Assembly (NCBI RefSeq): GCF_018977255.1 | Contig: NW_024704743.1 | Coordinates: forward strand, 5,830,001 to 5,894,000 | Source of the DNA: Callorhinchus milii | Lineage: Eukaryota | Direction of reading: 5' to 3' | DNA: 64,000 nucleotides | In this document: piece by piece, positions 62,467-64,000 of the stretch | Numbering within the stretch: position 1 is the first letter of the stretch | Layout of the letters: each line of letters starts with the position of its first letter | The notes under the pieces: model-generated | What the model saw: the letters and a program-made list of their open reading frames with translations, nothing else | Told to the model about the DNA's origin: nothing | Databases searched by the model: none | Translations under genes and position numbers: made by a program

Positions 62467-64000
62467 GTATGTACATTGCTAAATATTGATTTAGTTTTGC
62501 CAATTAAATCGTAATGGGATTTAAATGTGAACGTTAATTGTAATGGCATTAATGAATAAGGAATCCAAGTAGCAAGTGAAGACTCCTTCCAACTACTGGA
62601 AATACAACAACCTGTGGAAACGCCACTCTAGCAAAGATTGCGTTGGAGCTGAGTTCCCACAGGTTGCAGTGAATTGTTTCTATTATTTGGGACTTGGAGA
62701 CCTCCTTAAGCAATCCCATTACAAATTGATGCAATTTAGACACCAGTATTACTCATTCTAAAGAAAAGACACACTGAAGTGATAACTTATGTTCTCAATG
62801 TGTTCGTTGTGATTTAGTTCATGCTGTATTGGTTCTCACAGTTGCTTTTAATAATAATAACCATTACATTTAATATAGCGCCCTCAACGTCAGGAGAGCA
62901 TCTCAGAGCCATTCATGGGATTTGCCGTGAAATATGGATTGTGCGTTTTGTAGGCAATTCTTTAACATCCACCTGAACGGGCAGTTTAACATCTCACCTG
63001 AGGGACAGCACCTCCAACAGTGCAGGACTTTGGGATAGTAACCTCGCCCAGAGTGGTCTAATATCCAGCCCACTGAATGAGAGTGTGATGTGTTAATTAA
63101 CATTCTGTTTTTTTTAAACAAAGGAACCAGTCAACGTGTTAATTATCAACTGGTCTGTGGGTGTGCTGGTGGCAGTCCCCTCCTGAAACTCTTCACATTG
63201 ATTGCACCCTCATATGTCAGCCATATCGAACTCCTAAACTGTTGCGTTGTCGGCCAGTTAGAAGAACACTAACTTCAGTTGACAAAAAAAATCAAAGTTG
63301 TTGGTAGCCTCCAATTTAACAACCAGTGTAGCTGGTTTCTCAGCATAACCATTCGGAATAATGTCCATGATATCAGATGTTTGTCTCCAGCACATCTGGG
63401 CATCAGTCGATGTGTTGAGTATCATAGGTTGCCTTTTTTTCAATGCAGATGTTAATTGCGATGTGTAGCGTTAAAACGTCGCATACTGTAACTTTGAACT
63501 CTCTGTAATGTAACGTTGTTGGTCTGAATTACATTTCGCTCAGGCTCAGTTAGTGGCACTCTCAATTAACTGAATAATTAATAAATTAATTAATTAATTA
63601 ATTAATAATGAATACTGAGCCAACTATGCGTTCAAGCCCCACATCGGGACTTTGAGCTCTTCGTTTAGATTTTTACACTTAACAATCCTGGGTTGTCCTG
63701 CATTGGCAGAGCTGCCTTCCTGTGAATGAGATACTAAACCGAGCTCCCGAATGCTTGTTCGGGTCGGCATTAAGCATCCTACGACACCATTCGAAAAGAG
63801 AAGGGAATTTCTCTCAATGTCCTGACCAACCATCCACAGATATAGTTGGCCATTCACTGCATGGGACACTGTGTGCCCAAATCAGCTGGCACATTTGCCT
63901 ACCAAAAAAATAATTACTACACTTTACAGTAAAAACCTATGAAGTGATTTGACAACGTGATAAGCTGCTATATCAAATTCAAGGATTATCATTACATTCA

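Overview
Eukaryotic (vertebrate) genomic DNA; the repeat content (Deu-domain SINEs, a tRNA-Ala-like SINE, CR1 and L2 LINE fragments, Penelope-type remnants) points to a cartilaginous fish, possibly a holocephalan (inference). One protein-coding gene is present on the + strand: APBB1IP (RIAM). I read 11 coding exons with GT-AG boundaries and consistent phases (22946-62466, 1366 nt, about 455 codons: talin-binding helices, coiled coil, RA domain, PH domain). The proline-rich C-terminus lies beyond the window. A probable 5'UTR exon lies at 19263-19331. Nearly all ORFs in the supplied track are repeat-derived or spurious. Most notable observations: two Penelope-type minimal hammerhead ribozyme motifs (one intact, on the gene's sense strand); a perfect 83-bp templated inverted duplication; a young composite (dimeric) SINE subfamily; a natural Tyr-to-Phe change at the RIAM autoinhibition phosphosite; several long fold-back hairpins; an unclassified ~500-bp repeat; and a RUNX+PU.1 motif cluster. 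Repeat boundaries were read by eye and are approximate.
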